Assembly (NCBI GenBank): GCA_030141605.1
Contig: JAQGDQ010000477.1
Coordinates: forward strand, 108,175 to 172,174
DNA: 64,000 nt
Direction of reading: 5' to 3'
Source of the DNA: Tubiluchus corallicola
Taxonomy: Eukaryota; Animalia; Priapulida
Made by a program: the position numbers and the translations under genes. Positions 12,817-26,252 of the stretch are shown in pieces (the stretch's first letter is position 1; every line of letters begins with the position of its first letter). The notes under the pieces are model-generated. The model saw only the letters and a list, made by a program, of their open reading frames with translations, was not told the origin of the DNA and searched no databases.

Positions 12817-13211
12817 ATGTTTATTGAGCGACGATCGTTTCGGCTACTGAAGCCATTATCACACTATAATGGTTTCATTTATTGCAGTGCCCACTTGTTG
12901 TAAAATGGACAAACGTAAAAGTTGTGTTTAATTCTTATACTGCTTGTTCTTCATTGTGTACACTTGCACTAATTGTTTACCTGTTGTGTGTTTTTTCAGT
13001 TCTCATGTGTTAGGCAAAAAAATTGTACATTTCTCTGCAATTTTCTCCGTTACAACTTAGTTTATTCTGGTAAGTTAAATGCTAATCTGTTGTTTTGTAG
13101 TTTCAGTTTGTGCCTTTGTATCAATTAATGCATTATTTATTCTTATTTTTGGCTTGATTTATAGTTTAATAATGGCTTTAGTAGCCAAAACGATCGTCGC
13201 TCAATAAACAT
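12817..13211. mobile_element. Penelope-like remnant: inverted ~45-bp arms, each with a degenerate minimal hammerhead motif and AATAAA
   Basis: 12817-12858 is the reverse complement of 13170-13211 (TAATGGCTT.AGTAGCC.AAACGATCGTCGCTCAATAAACAT). Confidence 0.6.
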
Positions 13212-15520
13212 ACTGATTCCTAGAAGTTGACTCTTTCGTGTATTTAATGTAACTTACGTTTGTACTACATGACACGTCATAATAAATATCTTCCGGTTTA
13301 CGTGTGCAAATGCAATAAGAACAAATACAAGGGTAGAGGAATCGCTCTCAAAAGAACCTGATTTCACTCAGTCAGAATGCGAAGTACCCCGATGGTGGGT
13401 AAAAGCAATAATAGGAAGAAAGTGGTTTCTCGTATAGTGTACGCCCCTATGCGGGCGATGGCTGATCTACCGCGAAATCAATGAAGTTTAATCCTCGAAG
13501 AGGGTGCCAGAGGCAACCTTAATTTTCCAAAGAGTGGATATTTCAGCAAAGTTGTATTTTTCGTCCGATAGCTGATTGACTGAGGTCTCGGCAATGTTTT
13601 ATTTCATAGTTCATGATGTCGCTAAGAGATGGATATGCCTATGGTGCAATTGATATTGTCCAATTCTTGCTAATTATGAAGCTTTATACTTGATTTTAAA
13701 GTAGAGATCTCATAAAAGGAAAACATTTCACTTTGCGTAAGCTGTTTAACGTTAAAACTATTTTACTTCAATATGTATAAAAATTCTACGATGTTTGTCG
13801 GCCTTACCTAGGGTGTGAATTCTTACATTGAATTTTCTCCACGAGTAAGTTGTCATACTGTTATTATTATCATTGTCATTTTCAATTTCGTTATCCGTGC
13901 AAATAGTAATTGTTACTGCTGCTGCTATTGATGGTGCTGTACACAGAGTTGTTGAACTGTGGTTGCTGTTCTTCTACATTGTCTTTATTGCTCTAATTAT
14001 TTTTATTTTACTGTTGCATTTGTCACTGCCATCGTCCTTACCATTGAAGCTGTTTGTTGCAGTTAAAATTTTTTATTGATTATTTGGTATTAAATTTTGT
14101 GACTTTCATTATTTGATGCGCAAATGCTGAGGGGCGCAGGCGTAATTTATTTATTTTTCTTGTCAGCTTGCACATAAATGCAAAAAAACATTTAATTACG
14201 GCAAAAAAGGTAGTGAGACTAAAAAATCATGATCTCGTCAAACAAGTCGTTTTAATGACATATGGATGTACTGTAACAAAATAACATTTAAATTTGTTTT
14301 TTCGTTTTATAAAACCATAGAATCGTAGCTAAATTATTGATGCGTCTAGGCTTTAGAGTGAATACGGACAGTGAGGCACCTTGCAAAAGTGAAACGAATT
14401 TTTGAGAGTCAGCTGACAAACTAAGATTTCATTACAAAATATTTTATTATGAGACAAAAGTCATACAATTTTGCGACATCGAAGTTTAGTAATTGTTTGT
14501 ATTCCACAATTTAGTCACTTTTCGCTTAGTATGAAGGGCTTGGCGATAGTTTAATTTATCATGCGCCACCTCTGGACTGCTGGTCGAACTAAAAAGAAGC
14601 AGTCGTGAATTCATAAAGAGTATCTTTATTGGCTGATGTAGTAAAAACTAAAAAACCAAAAGTGGTAAAATTAATGGACTTAATGAGTAAAAGGTATTAA
14701 AAGAGGGAGCAAATAATTTAAATGATCTTTTGCTGTACAATGTTTTGGATCACAGTTCAAGGTAACATGCGGTGTAAAGTACTGAAAGGGCAAATTATTC
14801 TTTCTCAAGACATGTCACTTTCATAGTAGCGTTGCTTTTCAATTTTTACTTGTATCCATATCTAATGTAAACGCTATAGGTAGATCCATGAATCTCCCGT
14901 AATGCCTGTTCTCTACTGGCATTACTGTGTGTATGGTACAAGAATTTTTTTATGATTTCACTCATGTTCTAAATTGCTTTTGAATTTATTTATTGAGTTG
15001 GGTGCTGTAGTTTGCTTAGACTATTCCAGCTGTTGACTACTCGGTTGCTGAAGACTACGTATGGCCGTATGGAAGATTCCTATTGTGCTGATTTCTTACA
15101 ACCTGCATACCGCTACCTACGTGATCATTTACTATTACTTAAGTTGCTAATCCAATATTTACTAATAAGAACATTTTGAAATTATTAATTTTGCCTTCAA
15201 ATCTTTAGTCATTTATTCACCATCATTATTTAGATAATGAAATTAAGGCTATAATTTATATTAAAGCTTAAGCCACAGGTCACAATACACATTGTGTATT
15301 TTGACACACAATTCTGTCTTTACTTAATTTCATCTGAAATAATTTAGTTGGTTTTCTTTGAGGATAAATTGAGTTAGGAAGTAATCTGTACTTGAATGCA
15401 GAGTTTTATCATCGGGTTATCTTCAGGAGCATGTCAAATTTTGCCTTGATCAGTATGTTCAGAAATTATTCCTAAGATGACGTTAGACAGATGCTTTCCC
15501 GCTTACTACGAGGCTAAGAC

Positions 15521-16417
15521 CAGGGAGTGTTACTGGAAAAAAATTGTCATTTCGGTTTGCTGTAACATGCACTTTCGGTTAAGCTTCGGTTTCGAATAGT
15601 TCTCGGTAGCGTTTTTATGCAGTTTTACTAGTATTTCCCAATTTACCTTTTCTTTTTTCCTAGTTAACAAAAACTGCTGAAAAATCTTGGCGAAATTAGT
15701 TCAAATATAGCGAAAATTTCGTTTACATAACAACTGGTAACATGCTTTTACTAGCAATGTGGAGCTCCATTAGTGCTGAGAACTGTGAAAGCTTTAGGGC
15801 GTCCAGGCCTAATCAACTGAAATATCAAACCACATTTGAATTTACTTTTCGCATTTAATTTTATAATTTATGAAATATAATCAACAAAATATCTACAAAA
15901 TAAAATTTGTTTATTTTCTAATGAAGCATTATGATCTTTAAACATTAATCATAAAACTAGAAAAACACTATATCCTAAGGTAAGCTCTCCATCAAACTTG
16001 AGATTCTATACCATAGAACTTCCTTGTCCTTTTTGTATTACAATTTTGTATCGCAACAAATAAAAGCAAGCAAACAAAAAACAAAATATTTTACCAATTT
16101 TAGAATTCCCTTTTTTTCAGTTTTAATAGTAATTGATTTTGCGAAAATGTTTCGATTCGGTTTCGTTTCGGTATCGGTTTGCTAGGTTTCATAGATTTCG
16201 GTTTTGGTATCGGTTTCCTAGGTTTCATAGATTTCGGTTCGGTTTCTTAGGTTTCATAGATTTCGGTTTTGGTATCGGTTTCCTAGGTTTCATAGATTTC
16301 GGTTTCCTAAGTCTCATAGATTTCGGTTTCGGTTTCCTAGGTTCCATAGATTTCGGTTTCGGTTTGGTTTCTTAGGTTCCATAGATTTCGGTTTCAGTTT
16401 GAAAATTCATTTTCAGT
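15521..16417. mobile_element. Non-autonomous hAT element with TTCGGTT subterminal repeats
   Basis: CAGGGA.TGTTACTG...CAGTAACATCCCTG termini; 8-bp TSD GCTAAGAC/GCTAAGAT; tandem TTTCGGTTT array at 16150-16400. Confidence 0.8.
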
Positions 16418-17795
16418 AACATCCCTGGCTAAGATTGGGTTAAAAGCATAGATGCTAAAACAAACTGATGTCAGGCTTGTAGGCCTATTAGTGTTCTACG
16501 CAGAACTGGTAACTAATCATAAAAAAATACATTGATGTTGATGCTGTACAGCTCAAACCCAGTGTGCCTGGGTACTTACTTTTAACAGGGGGAGTGAACT
16601 ATAAGTTTCACAACAATTTTGCTCTTAATAGTGAAAGCATAAAACAGTGTAGATAATCGTTGCGCAAATTTGGACACTTTTATCATTTACCTCGCGTAAT
16701 TTACAGAGGCTTTATGGTGCTGTTATGTTGCAGTTTGATGAAAATGCGACATCAATTTTGCGATAAAATGGTAGATTGGTTACTAAAATGTAGAAAAGTA
16801 ATATTTCATGATGCGTGTAATCTTTTTGTGCATATACTTTTCTGATTATTTTAAAGAGAGCGCTCTCATAACCCATCGTATTCAGTGGATTCCTCTTTCC
16901 ACTCTGCCTAAATTCAAAAGTATTATTACAGCCATATTTGCAACTTGCAATGCTAGTGATTGCGGGTTTTTCTTAAATTCATACTTACTTAGAATATTTG
17001 CATCATAATTTAAATACCGTATATACTTACGTACAATTTTTGGGAGGCGATTTTTAGGCAAAATTTTTGGGGTCGACTTATACTTATGATATGTTTTTGG
17101 GAGATGTCGCTAAAGAGTCGTCTACAATACGAATCCTTCATTATACGCTGGACTGAATGAACACTTATACTGTGAGTCTGTGATACTTCACATCAGAGAA
17201 TGTTTGCATCTTGACATTACTTCACAAAATTAAAAAATATTACTGTAATTTTTTTACTGTATGTGAAATTAAGTTAAATTTTATGTATTACCGGTAAATA
17301 AACTAGCGACGGAGCACTCGATCAGAACATGGAAATTGCCAATGTTGTGCAGATGCTGCAGATCATTTACTCTGGAAGGTCTTAATATTTTATGGTCGAC
17401 TTGTACACAGGTAATATATAAAATGATGCAATTTTTGGTCTTAAAATGCACATCGACTTGTACGTAAGGTCGACTTGTACGCGGAACATCCTACCAACCA
17501 TTTTGAAACCAACCGAAATGAAACATCTGATGATACTGAAATTTTTGTTGCTTCCAGACTTAATAGAAATCATGGAGGTGAGATGGCAGTGCCAACAGAA
17601 AAGAAATGCATTTGAACGAAATGTCGTTGGAAAATGTGCAACTTATTGCACCTAACTTTGATAACCGTTGTGATATTAAGAACTGTAGATGCTGTTAGTA
17701 CAACAATGTAAAATTCTACTGGGACTGTTTTTTAATTTGGTGTTTCCTTTTTGAAGTATGATAACATAAGTTTTATAGACAATTTTTTTGGAGTT

Positions 17796-18045
17796 TTTAT
17801 GCCTGTTTGCCTGTTCGTATACTACAAGTGTACAAATTTATGCCTGTCTGCCTGTTTGTATACTACAAGTGTACAAATTTATGCCTGTCTGCCTGTTTGT
17901 ATACTACAAGTGTACAAATTTTTACCTGTCTGCCTGTTCGTATACTACAAGCGTACAAATTTATGCCTGTCTGCCTGTTTGTATACTACAAGTGTACAAA
18001 TTTATGCCTGTCTGCCTGTTTGTATACTACAAGTGTACAAATTCA
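17796..18045. repeat. 41-bp minisatellite, about 6 copies
   Basis: Unit TTTATGCCTGTCTGCCTGTTTGTATACTACAAGTGTACAAA. Confidence 0.95.
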
Positions 18046-18175
18046 TGAAATTGTTTTTCGTTATATTACAGCTCTTTATGGTAGGAAGCAGTTGGACAAT
18101 TTCCTTTGCGCCTCGTGATCGTTACTTCCTGTTAGACTTATGATGTTCAGAATTTATTCGTTTTGCCAATAAAAA

Positions 18176-19264
18176 ATGGGAGACAACTCATCACCATATG
18201 ACGATGATGATGATGATGAAAAACTTAGGAAAAAGATTAAGCTGGAACCGAAAGATGACGATCTTGAAGATGACACCGAAGCAATGGACTTGTCTACTAA
18301 ACGCGACAATTTTACTGATATTATGCATATAAAAACCGAACCTGATCGAATGAGCGACGAATCTGATAATTCGTTTCAACATACAGCAAATAGGTATTTG
18401 CATCCGCAGTTTATCTGGAAGAAACGTGAACTTAGTAGAACTTCCCAATATGTGCAGACCGACACGTGCGGCTTGCAGTTTGCTCCATCAGAAATGGGCA
18501 GAACTGACCAATACGGTGAATTGTACAGTTGCAAGCAGTGCGAAACAGCCTTTAACGACTCTAAAGAGTTTATCAAGCATGTCACCCTCCACTTTAAGGA
18601 CAAACTCACTCAACGAAAAAGACCTTTTGTGGAAGCCAAGGACTCCATGCCGTCGAATCACTTAGAATTTACCGCCTCGGACAGACCGTACAAGTGCGGT
18701 CAGTGCGGGAGCTCTTTTAGGCAGATAGCGGCATTGAAAGCTCACCTGAAAATACACACAGGTGAAAAACCTTTTACGTGCTCCACCTGTGATCTGAGCT
18801 TTCGTCACTCAGATTCTCTAAAGCGCCACCAGAGGACTCACACCGGAGAAAAACCATATAAATGTGATAAGTGTGAGGCTTCGTACAGCACCTCCTCGGG
18901 CTTAAAATATCACACAAGAACTCACACGGGAGAAAAACCTTATAAGTGTAGCCACTGTGGAACTGCTTACATCCGGCCGTCATCGTTGAAGTACCATCTT
19001 CAGACTCACTTTGGAGACAAGTTGTACAAGTGCGATGATTGCGGCGAGCGGTTTAGGCTGTGCAGTGACTTGAAGCGTCATCTGATCGCACGCGGCAATG
19101 GAACCGCACCGAATAACATCAGTAAATTGACGCCGACGACGCCTGATGAAGCCACTAAATCTCAGACGGTGGAGAAGCCGTTTACGTGTAATCGCTGCAA
19201 TGCTGCATTTTCCGCGTGGAATGCTTTAACTTATCACTTTAGCCAAAACAAATGCAACATATAA
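18176..19264 (+). CDS. Kruppel-type C2H2 zinc-finger protein, 362 aa
   Basis: One isolated C2H2 finger, four complete tandem fingers joined by TGEKP linkers, a sixth finger lacking its last His, and a terminal C2HC finger; acidic N-terminus with MDLS and IKxE motifs; acceptor ttacag at ~18071 upstream of the ATG. Confidence 0.93.
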   Translation: MGDNSSPYDDDDDDEKLRKKIKLEPKDDDLEDDTEAMDLSTKRDNFTDIMHIKTEPDRMSDESDNSFQHTANRYLHPQFIWKKRELSRTSQYVQTDTCGLQFAPSEMGRTDQYGELYSCKQCETAFNDSKEFIKHVTLHFKDKLTQRKRPFVEAKDSMPSNHLEFTASDRPYKCGQCGSSFRQIAALKAHLKIHTGEKPFTCSTCDLSFRHSDSLKRHQRTHTGEKPYKCDKCEASYSTSSGLKYHTRTHTGEKPYKCSHCGTAYIRPSSLKYHLQTHFGDKLYKCDDCGERFRLCSDLKRHLIARGNGTAPNNISKLTPTTPDEATKSQTVEKPFTCNRCNAAFSAWNALTYHFSQNKCNI

Positions 19265-20429
19265 ACTGCCTTACGTGTATCACGGATATGGTCATGGAAA
19301 TAATCTTCAGGGTTTCTTTCTTGTATTGTGTCATTATTTAATATTGTTATAGACGCAGAAATGAATTCTGTTACATTGCTAGCTGATTGGGGAACCCTAG
19401 ATACATTGCGAGCATTTGCACGCTGCCAACTCTAGTCGAAAACTGATTATTCTTGAATGTTTATATTTACCAAAGATTTATCGGTAATTCTCCATTAACA
19501 TTTGAGATTAGTTCTGCTGTCTGTAGTTGCCTTTACTGTATAAAAACGTCTCCACTGGGGGGGTGCTCGAGATTGGGGTCACCTTGTTCCCGAACTTTTC
19601 TTAAATCCCGAACCCCATTATTGAACATTCAATCCCATCTCGTACTACTGATGATGACCGGAATCTCGATCCCATCCCGAACCCCAAGCACCCCTAGTAT
19701 TTACTGTGCAGAACAATGAACTCGTAATGTGGCACAGTAATCTTTATTCAATTTAGTGTTCAGATTCAAGAATATACATAGAAAATGCATTTATTTTAGC
19801 CTTGCTTTAGCCGTGTGTCAATCCGGAGATGTTGTCAGGATAATTACAAAACGTAAAAATTTCGCGCTTGCTATCACTCGGATAAAATAAACCCAGTGTT
19901 TGATTTATGAATTATTTTGCATAAAAATGCACATCTAACAATTACAATTCTAAAACTATTAAATCTTGTCCAGTCTATTTAATTAAAAATCTCCATAATT
20001 AGTTTTTTGTGACACTATATGCAAAATGTTGGCTTGTTTTTCAAATGTAATTTGCTACTGAAATTATAATATTTATCTTTTTCCTACTATTACTGTTTAC
20101 TATTGGAAAATAATGAGCATGTAGTTGTTATGCTAATTTCAGTGTTTTTGCAAATATTTAAATTTTATCATGAACTTTACAAAACTGATTTGTAGAAAAC
20201 TGTTCTAGTATTCATTTTTTCGTTGCTCTGTTCCATTTTTTCTTAGTGTTTTTAATTTTAATTGTAATTATTTTCTTAAATTCAAAGAGAAGTGTTATAT
20301 TGTCAGAAACAAAACCTGCATATAAAAATTGTTTGATATAACAGTATAAATATGCAATTTTAGCAGGTAAACGTTACCAAAAAAGTCAATATTAATTATT
20401 GTTAGATTCTTACATTTATGCTGTACAAC

Positions 20430-20590
20430 TTTGTTGTGACAGCTCCTCTTATTGGTTATGTAAAATTAACCTTGTTGTGACAGCTTCTCTTATTGGCTAT
20501 CAAAAATTAACCTTGTTGTGACAACTTCTCTTATTGGTTATGTAAAATTAACCTTGTTGTGACAACTTCTCTTATTGGTTATGTAAAATT
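20430..20590. repeat. 41-bp tandem repeat, about 4 copies
   Basis: Unit CTTGTTGTGACA.CTTCTCTTATTGGTTATGTAAAATTAAC. Confidence 0.9.
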
Positions 20591-20993
20591 ATTTTTTATC
20601 CAGTTTACTGATTTCTTGCGCTAACACAATTGCTATGGTGTTGTTGTGTATAAGCTTTCGTGTATGCTATTATATGTTATATTTAGTTATTTACACTTAT
20701 TTGCAGACCGTAGCATTGGCTGATTATCAACAATGTGCAATTTGTTTGTTTTTATTGAACAAAATTCCAAGCAGTCGTGTCTTTTGAAAACTGTGCAATG
20801 CAAATTTTAACTTATTTTAAGTAACTTTATTTATTCATGCTTTGCTAATTATGTTATTACAATGTACGATGCTATTAAGAAGAGTACTATGAAGACTACG
20901 TGAAAGATATGTAGTAATGGTAATTATGATTTCTAGTCAGACATTGCATCGGGACTATGGCATAGCAGAGAAAAGAAGCATGCTGTTACTAAT

Positions 20994-21370
20994 GGTGCGT
21001 TCACACTAGCGAGTTTTCTCACCAATTGGCAAGAAAGTTGCAAGCATGCACGAGACTAGAATGCAAAACTTCATGCGAGTTACTCTCCGACAGTAAGCAT
21101 GAACTGACACTCACTTCTCTATTTGCTGCGAGAAGTGTTGAGAGTAACTCGCCGATGCGTTCACACTAGACAGTAACTCGCCGATGCATTCACACTAGAC
21201 AGTAACTCGTCGATGCGTTCACACTAGACAGTAACTTGCCGATGCATTCACACTAGACAACTCGCTGAAACTGTAGGAAAGTTTGTAATTTCTTGCTGAC
21301 AGAAAGTCACAAAGCAGTTTACATTTGCAAGTTTGCTGCTACAGGAAAAACTCGCTGGTCTGAAAGCATT
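20994..21370 (+). mobile_element. TIR MITE (possibly PIF/Harbinger-like) with internal ~29-bp repeats
   Basis: GGTGCGTTCACACTAGCGAG left end, imperfect inverted right end; related inverted element at 24927-25500. Confidence 0.5.
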
Positions 21371-21684
21371 GCAGCAGACTTGCTTAGGTCTAAAACATTC
21401 TTGCTTCTAGTACATACTTTGACACTGTGGAATGAGCTGCAATATGTCTGATTGTACTGTAGTTACCATTTATGTGATTTCGTGTAGTTTAATGTTATGC
21501 ATTATTTTTATACCACGTGTATGCGCTTTTCCGAGGACTGGTAGTTTATCTACAATTCCATTTTAAAAATACCTGATTGTGCACTTGGCAGTATTAATAT
21601 ACATATTTCTAGTCCATATTGCAAATGATTAAGAATCGTTTGTGTTATTTAACCGGAATCTTAAGTATTCACTCAGTCTTTAAG

Positions 21685-22191
21685 CAGGGATGAGAATTTT
21701 CCGCGGATACGCGGAATTCCGAGTTTTTGGAAGACCAGTAGTGCCATTTTTGTAAATTGCGTAAATTCGTTGAGAAAATTTTACGGACATAATACATTAT
21801 TTCACAAGCTGACCGCTAGCTGGCAGGTCGTCACTTTGTTTACATCACGTACATCTGTGTAACCACATGTACATCTCCATGTATAAAAATATAGAATCAA
21901 TTGTGTGGAGTTATTTGAGTCAATTGCAGACAGTTTTTATATACTTTTGCATAGGAGCGGCCAGTACTTAGGCGTTTTTGAGACAATTAGGTATCATGTA
22001 TCACTGATAGTTGGGTATTTAAATTATGCATGAAACAAGGTAACTGATATTTTAAGTCCACTTAGAGGCTCTCTATGGTCACAAAATTGCAATTTGTTGC
22101 TTCGCCCCCTTGAACCCCCATCGGGGCCTATGCGGTCTCCAAACCCCCGGCCTGCTTCAGAGTTTTTTGCAGTTTGTCATTCTCATCCCTG
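21685..22191. mobile_element. hAT-like MITE
   Basis: TIR CAGGGATGAGAAT...ATTCTCATCCCTG; TSD not clean; internal segment resembles 40530-40710. Confidence 0.65.
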
Positions 22192-22756
22192 TTTAACATA
22201 TGCCTAAGTAGTTTATTTAAGAAGAAAACGTCAGCATTTTTTGCTTCACTCGAATTGTTTTTCGAAATGGACAGTTGGAAAAAAAACCACCACGTTTTTT
22301 AAATCATCTTCATCTTGTGGGAAAAGATGGCTCCGATAAAAAATAACCGTCTGTGCTTAATATTCATGTTGGGCAAAAACAAAAACTTGAATTTGAATAA
22401 AATTGCTTTTCATTTTAAACTGAAATCAAATAGGCTGGTTTTACCGTAAAATATACTGATCGTGTGTGTTGCACTGTTGCGTGGGTGTTTACTTCACTGG
22501 GGGAGGAGGTATATCTCAGATACACATTCCAGCTTAGTGTTTGATCAGAAGGATGACTAGCTTTTCTGATTTTATAGGTTAAACTGGTGTTTACCAGACA
22601 TCCGGAATGCGTTATCCGGCTGCGGAATAGCTGCTTATAAAAACCCAATTGGAAATAGGTGCAGAAGAAAACAATGCATGCCTGATAAATGGGTGCATTG
22701 AAAACAATATAAACCGATTTTATCTATGCCGTACTCTCATAACGCATATGCATTTC

Positions 22757-23124
22757 CAGGGCCTATTTCAAGGGGGTGAAGTGGGGATACTTCCCTGGGG
22801 CCTCACCTTCCAGGGGGGCCTCGCGTCAAGGTAACTTTTTTTGCTTTATGCGAGCATACTGCCTCCTTTCTCTCTCTCTCTCTCTTGCCGTTTGCCAGTA
22901 TTGACAAGTATTAAGGACTGGTCTTGAGAATAAAGCAGTTTTTCTTTCAATTGTTCTTTCCTTTAACAACTGTATAACTCCATATTTTCTCTTCGAAAAT
23001 GCTTCTCCGGCGTTCTAGCAGTTCAAAAATTTTCTGGGCGCCAACCATGGTAGCACCCCCCCCCCCCAAAGGGGCCTCATACGCCCCACTTCCCCGGGCC
23101 TCGCGTAGGCTGATATAGGCCCTG
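22757..23124. mobile_element. hAT MITE with internal short (CT)n
   Basis: CAGGGCCTAT...ATAGGCCCTG; TSD TGCATTTC/TGCATTCC; inverted partial copy starting at 52544. Confidence 0.8.
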
Positions 23125-23668
23125 TGCATTCCGGATATCTGGTAAACGCAACTCACGTTAGCCAATGAAAACTGGATGATAACCTGTCAGCTTGGCCTAA
23201 CAAACGGAAGTAAAATAACTGTCTCTGTGTTTAACTAATGCACTTGAATGAAGTGTTACTAAACAACCGAAGAAAAGAAACTATACAGAAGCATGAATTT
23301 CGATATAAACTACAACAAATTTAACTTTACTATTGCACAACTAATCATCTTGTTTACATTAAAATCGCAAAAATCAAAATCAGACAATATATTCCTGCTA
23401 ATACCAGTCTACTACTAGAGACAAATCCTAGGCAACATATAAACTGAATCACAAATGAAAAAAACATTACAATATCGCACTGCCCTCTATACTTGAAGAG
23501 TTTCGCTATTGCAAAGTATATTACATCTCTTTACAAATCAAATGCAATGGCCTGCTATCATTTTTTGAACTCTGCAATTAATACTTTAAGAAAATTGAAA
23601 GGATGCAGTAACTCTGTATGAGAGCCACAAGTAATAAACAGAAGAAGCAAAGAGAATGCCTTAAATGG

Positions 23669-24014
23669 TAGGGGCGAGCATCGAAAGTTTGAGTTCGATT
23701 CGAAGGAGGAGTTTTAGCTGGAATTTGATTTGAACCTAAAATTAAGGGTTCGAATAATTCAGCGCTTCAACTACCTGTGTTCTTTATCATTAAGACGTTT
23801 GAAACAGCATCCAACTAGGAAAATTTTGCTGTGATTTCTGCGCCGAAACTAATTGGTGTTTTTATGGCAGAATAAAATAAGGTGATGTGAATAATCTTTG
23901 TGAAACCACTTTTTCTTTTTCGATCGAATCTTGAAATTTGGTTTGATTTGAGTTCGAAAGTCGCAAATTCGATTTTATTCAAATTCGGTTTCTGGTAAAG
24001 AATGTTCACCCCTA
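23669..24014. mobile_element. hAT-like MITE (TAGGGG termini, TTCGAA-rich), copy 1
   Basis: TAGGGGCGAGCAT...ATGTTCACCCCTA; related inverted copy at 49053-49445. Confidence 0.75.
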
Positions 24015-24926
24015 CCAAAAGGACATTAATGAGCAACTAAACGAGTAGGAAATTTTCAACAGACACACCTGCAAAACTGAAACTGAGACAATTTGTATGA
24101 CAATCACATTTATTTAGACTAATATTTGCTAAATAAAAATTATCTTTGAGTGAGAAACATTCTACTGTGCATAAAATCATACAGTTGTCATCCTAATCAG
24201 TTGTAAAAAGTTGGATCTAATAATTTACATTTTAGACTAAAAAATCTACATACAGCGTGTAAAATATATTGCTTGAATGAGCGGATCAGATCACTAGTTA
24301 CTACACTAGCTGAACTATTATTATTTATGATAAGCAATTTACTGATTCAACACAAAAAAGACAAACCACACTACCTTCAAATCTAAAAAAATGTTGGGAA
24401 ACTGTAAATAAAACAAAAAGTACTTGCAGTACATTTTAATTTTTAAAATTGACAACTTAAACGTAGTTTTAATAAATTCAATAAACTTAGAATGTCAAGT
24501 TGTCATATTTGCTCTAAAAGCCAAAAAAATGATACTAAGTTTATTGACGGTCACTGAAACTGTAAATTGAAAAGGAATGGCATGACGTATATTTAAAACA
24601 AAATAAAAAATTATTTAAAATTGTCGAAGTAAAAACTATCAACAGTAATTATGCAACAATAATCACCACAAATACTTTTCACGGCAATATTAAGGGCAAA
24701 ATTTATCAACAAAAGTTTTCTAGTATTGCAAGCATGTCCTTAAAGAACTTCTACTCTAATAACAATCCAGTACATCAAATCAAATCCTATACAAATCATA
24801 AAAGTACACACAAGTGAGAGTCAAGAAATGAAGATGGTCTGTATTTAAGCTCGTGGCAATTTAAATTTTCAAAACTAGTAATAATATAAACTAGCCACAC
24901 ACAAATAACTTCTGCACCATAGCATC

Positions 24927-25500
24927 GCATTCAGAATAGCGCGTTTTCTCTCTGACGGCAAACTCGCATATAAGTGAAACTGCTTTGCGAGTTACTAACG
25001 ACAAGTTATTGCAAACCATCCAACAGTTGCTGTCAAGTGTAAACGCCTCGGTGAGTTACTCTCAGCACTTCTCACAGTGAATCGAGAAACGAATGTCAGC
25101 TCGTGATAACCACAGGAGAGTTTGCAACAACTTGCAAGTAACTCACAGCAAGGTTTGTTCTCTAGTTTCAACATGCGAGTTACTGTCACTGTGAGTTACT
25201 CTCAGCACTTCTCACAGTGAATAGAGAAACAAATGTCAGCTCGTGCTAACTGTAGGAGAGTTTGCAACAACTTGTAAGTAACTCACAGCAAGGTTTGTTC
25301 TCTAGTCTCAACATACTTGCGAGTTACTTTCACTGTGAGTTACTCTCAGCACTTCTCACAGTGAATAGAGAAACGAATGTCAGCTCGTGCTAACTGTAGG
25401 AGAGTTTGCAATAACTTGTAAGTAACTCACAGCAAGGTTTTCTAGTCTCAACATGCTTGCGAGTTACTTAGCGAGAAACCTCGCTAGTCTGAACGCACCT
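24927..25500 (-). mobile_element. MITE related to 20994-21370, with an internal ~3x135-bp tandem
   Basis: Right end CTCGCTAGTCTGAACGCACC is the reverse complement of the other copy's left end; three internal GTGAGTTACTCTCAGCACTTCTCACAGTG units. Confidence 0.6.
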
Positions 25501-26252
25501 TAGGGGAGAAAACGTGTTTCAACATTTCTTTCATTTACTGTTTATTTCTTTTACCTTATCCAAATCAATGTGTCCAATGTCTATAACAGACAGAAAGTTC
25601 TTTTTTGCATGTGTTTAAGTATTTCTAAAACTTTGAAATTATTGTCGAAGTTTACAATAAAAGAACTTATAATATGCAAGATACTTCTATCACTGAATCA
25701 CTGCATTCATTATAACTTATAAAGTGATATTCAAGCTAGGGAACAATTGCACATTAATTCCAGTAAGAAATAAGCACTACAAGCTAAAACTGTACAATAA
25801 ACTGGACACAGTTTAAATTCTAATAATTCTACTTGCTAAATATTTTCCAGCTGTAACAAAAAAGAACAATTTCAAAATGGTAATACGCTGGTGAAATCGA
25901 TTTTTAATGTCACTAAATAAAATTTTTACTAATGTACTGTCTCAAGTGATAACACCTAATCCAATCCCACCATCACCTAAAAATGGCTTCGTCAGCTATA
26001 AAACACGGCTTCCTATTCAGCAAGACATGGTCATTCAAAATAGCTAGTTCAGTTATAATACTAGTTATCGAAGAAATAGGTAAAAATGCTTCAGAATAAA
26101 AAATTTAAAAAATGCTTCTTGCACACAACCATCTCAAAAATGGATAATATAAAATACGATCAAACATCAGTTCATCGTAAAGCAAACAGACCGTCATCTC
26201 TCACAGAGATAAAACATAAAAATCCTGAGGTTCACTCTGTCGTGCTAATAGC

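Noticed and set aside
15048-15080. Hammerhead-like CTGAAGA-CTACG..CGTA-TGGAAG
   Set aside because: No GAAA core or stem III/NUH; likely chance or too decayed to support
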